Shown piece after piece: positions 61,305-64,000 of a stretch of 64,000 bases of DNA. Within the stretch, counting starts at the first letter, position 1. Every line of letters starts with the position of its first letter. Below the pieces are notes generated by a model, which saw only the letters and a program-made list of their open reading frames with translations, did not search any database and was not told the origin of the DNA. The DNA is from Eledone cirrhosa. Lineage: Eukaryota. The translations under genes were made by a program, and so were the position numbers. The DNA lies in contig OZ024743.1 of NCBI GenBank assembly GCA_964016885.1, positions 102,176,001 to 102,240,000 on the forward strand. Reading direction: 5' to 3'.

Positions 61305-64000
61305 AGCGTGGTGATAATGCCACACAAGGGCCAAGTGGGATGGCGGATCCACAGATGGCTATGTAAACATACATTCGCCAATCCTCGATAAGAGTGTTTA
61401 AATATCGAACATAAACAGTTCGAATAACGGTGAAATGGAGACTAGAACGTCATGTGACAGACTCTCACCCAACAGGTGCCCCCTGGCTCAGCAGCAGGAA
61501 CCTGACTGTCAACGAAATACTGCTGATGTTGGAGGAAGAAGAAGAAGGAAAGGGGCCAGAACCAACTGGACGAAAGAATTGAATAGAACTGTTATGCAAT
61601 GCTACCTGAAAAGTAACCCCAAGGAGAGGGGCTACAGGAGACGGATGCATAACATCTGGAACGAGATTGGTTTATTTAAATTAGATGAACAAAAATTGGC
61701 CGGGCAGGCTCGGGTAATAAGAACTAATGGGTGGATAAGCGAGCTGGAACTGGAGGAACTGAGCAGAGAGAATGGCTTGGAGATGGCGGGTGTAGTATGC
61801 CAGACAAGCGAGCCGGCGGGAAATGAAGGTGAGGAGGTCCTGAGAGCGGAGGAACCACCCGAAGCAGACAATGATCTGAATACTGAGATAAATAATACCT
61901 GGAACAGAGATACGGCCACTGAGGAGATGAATGCTGACGGGCTAGGACAAGATTCGGTTGACATCCTAAATTTAGTGGTAGATGAGTTGAACAATGATAG
62001 TGGGAGACCTATGAACCTAAGATTTGTAGACAGGAAAAAGTTAAAAGAAACAACAGCTAAGGTAAACAAAGTCATCCCATACCTTGAGGCGAGGAGTCTT
62101 CACCAGTGCAACAATATCCTCAAAGCAACAGCAAATACGGTGAGGAAACTACTTGGTATAAAAGCGAGAGGAAACAACAGACAAGAAAGAGCAGAGCCGT
62201 GGTGGAAGAAGCGACTGAGTGGGCAAATCGGGGAAATGAGAAATGACATAGGAAAGCTTGAGTCACTACTGAATGGGACACTAAAAAACATAGGCACTAA
62301 AAATAGACTGGAAATAAAATACAAAACTAGGAGTAAAAAGCTAAACATTATCATAGAGGAATTGAAGCAACGCATTGTAGCAAAGAGTGCCAAAATCAGG
62401 CGATACGAGAACAGAGTCAGTCAGTATAAACAGAACCGCATGTTCGACAACAACCAGAAGATGCTGTTTGGACAGCTTGAGGGGAAAGAAAGAGGCACCG
62501 ACTTGATCCCTGGGGCGGAACAAGCTAAAACATTCTGGAGAGGAATATGGGAGCAGGATGTTAGACACAATGCCCAGGCAGGGTGGATTGAGACAGTACA
62601 GAGGGAGATCGGTGAGCAGGCACAGCAACAGACTGATTTGAGTATCACAGTTGAAACTCTTAAGGGGCAAGCCAAAAAACTAACCAACTGGAAATCACCA
62701 GGCCCAGATGGTGTGCAGGGGTATTGGATTAAACATTTAACATCCCTCCACCCGAAGCTGACGGCCATGTTCAATGACTGCTTGGTGTCGGGTGAGGTGC
62801 CAGAGTGGTTGACAAAAGGTACCACAGTTCTGATAATGAAAGACCGAATCAAGGGTAATGATGTTACCAACTATAGACCTATCACATGTCTGCCCGTAAT
62901 GTGGAAACTGTTGACGAGCATTGTGTCTGAGGAAATCTACCATCACCTCCACACAAACAACTTGTTGCCGGACGAACAGAAAGGATGCCGAAAGAAGTCA
63001 CGTGGTACAAAGGACCAGTTGCTTATTGATAAGATGGTAATGGGGAATTGCAGGAGGAGACACACTGATCTTGCCATGGGATGGATAGACTACAGAAAGG
63101 CATTTGACATGGTGCCTCATTCCTGGATCACCAAAAGTCTGGAGATCTTCAGGGTGGCAGATAACATCAGACAGTTGCTGGGCAGGAGTATGGGGTCCTG
63201 GGAGACAGAGTTGACATCAACTGGAGTATCCTTGGGAAGCGTGAAGATCAAGAGAGGTATCTTCCAGGGAGATAGCCTGTCCCCTCTGTTGTTTGTCCTT
63301 GCCCTGATGCCCTTGACCATTATGCTGCGAAAAGTGAGAGCAGGATACAAGTTGGGAAGGGGAGAGCTTACCATCAATCACCTCCTCTTCATGGACGATC
63401 TTAAGCTCTTCGGGAAAAGTGAGAAGGAGTTGGATGTGCTTGTTGACACTGTCCGTATTTTCAGCAGTGATATATGTATGCAGTTTGGTATTGGTAAATG
63501 TGGAGTCATTGTGATGAGGAGGGGTAGGTTGAGCAGAAGTAACGGGATCCAGATACCAACAGGTGAGATGATAAAGGAAATTGACTCTGAGGAAGGATAC
63601 AAGTATTTGGGCGTTCTGGAGGCTGATGGCATAAAGAACAAAAAAATGAAGGAATTGTTAAGAACTGAATACATTCGGAGAGTAAGGAGCGTATTGAAGT
63701 CACATCTGAACAGCAGAAATGCCATAAGCGCAGTAAATTCCCGAGCTGTGTCTATTATTAGGTACAGTGCGGGAATTCTGAGATGGAATGTTGCTGAACA
63801 AAAAGAAATGGATAGGAAGACTAGGAAGCTATTGACTATCTACAACATGTTCCACAAGAGGAGTGATGTCGATAGACTCTACCTAAGGAGATGTGAGGGT
63901 GGAAGAGGTCTTATCAGCATAGAGGACTGTGTTCAGATGGAGAAAAACAACCTATACAAATACGTGACCTATAGTAAGGAGCCAATGCTCAGAGCTGTAC
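61303..64000 (+). mobile_element. R4/Dong-like REL LINE with intact 5' end, running off the window
   Basis: Starts immediately after long (AAT)n; same family as 53681-54850. Confidence 0.9.
61435..64000 (+). CDS. R4/Dong-like ORF (N-terminal domain + RT), 3'-partial; missing from the ORF track, apparently because no stop is reached
   Basis: METRTS…NWTKELNRTVMQCY…GYRRRMHNIW…EQKLAGQ; NWKSPGPDG, NYRPITCL, EQKGC, DYRKAFDMVPH, GIFQGDSLSPLLF, HLLFMDDLKL, YKYLG. Confidence 0.88.
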   Translation, partial: METRTSCDRLSPNRCPLAQQQEPDCQRNTADVGGRRRRKGARTNWTKELNRTVMQCYLKSNPKERGYRRRMHNIWNEIGLFKLDEQKLAGQARVIRTNGWISELELEELSRENGLEMAGVVCQTSEPAGNEGEEVLRAEEPPEADNDLNTEINNTWNRDTATEEMNADGLGQDSVDILNLVVDELNNDSGRPMNLRFVDRKKLKETTAKVNKVIPYLEARSLHQCNNILKATANTVRKLLGIKARGNNRQERAEPWWKKRLSGQIGEMRNDIGKLESLLNGTLKNIGTKNRLEIKYKTRSKKLNIIIEELKQRIVAKSAKIRRYENRVSQYKQNRMFDNNQKMLFGQLEGKERGTDLIPGAEQAKTFWRGIWEQDVRHNAQAGWIETVQREIGEQAQQQTDLSITVETLKGQAKKLTNWKSPGPDGVQGYWIKHLTSLHPKLTAMFNDCLVSGEVPEWLTKGTTVLIMKDRIKGNDVTNYRPITCLPVMWKLLTSIVSEEIYHHLHTNNLLPDEQKGCRKKSRGTKDQLLIDKMVMGNCRRRHTDLAMGWIDYRKAFDMVPHSWITKSLEIFRVADNIRQLLGRSMGSWETELTSTGVSLGSVKIKRGIFQGDSLSPLLFVLALMPLTIMLRKVRAGYKLGRGELTINHLLFMDDLKLFGKSEKELDVLVDTVRIFSSDICMQFGIGKCGVIVMRRGRLSRSNGIQIPTGEMIKEIDSEEGYKYLGVLEADGIKNKKMKELLRTEYIRRVRSVLKSHLNSRNAISAVNSRAVSIIRYSAGILRWNVAEQKEMDRKTRKLLTIYNMFHKRSDVDRLYLRRCEGGRGLISIEDCVQMEKNNLYKYVTYSKEPMLRAV

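Overview
AT-rich eukaryotic intergenic or intronic DNA dense in microsatellites. It is most likely cephalopod (octopus-like), inferred only from my recollection of the tRNA-derived SINE families present. No host protein-coding exon is recognisable. The centrepiece is a ~12.5 kb, apparently very young, head-to-head tandem/inverted insertion of a Penelope-like retroelement (PLE; 19361-31888) inside a (TA)n tract. It holds two identical intact 1210-aa RT + C-terminal GIY-YIG ORFs, one 5'-truncated ORF and four pseudo-LTRs that each carry a hammerhead-ribozyme core. Its RT has a ~65-aa extra segment between motifs A and B', where telomerase has its insertion-in-fingers domain, plus a long Asn-rich tract. 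Around it are a deleted second PLE family and several short (TA)n-embedded elements, often hairpins, with hammerhead-like cores. There are also two related Tx1/L1-like LINE families sitting in different microsatellites ((TCTA)n and (ATT)n), a nested cluster of R4/Dong-like REL LINEs in (AAT)n, RTE remnants, a 1.6-kb foldback and many SINEs with target-site duplications.
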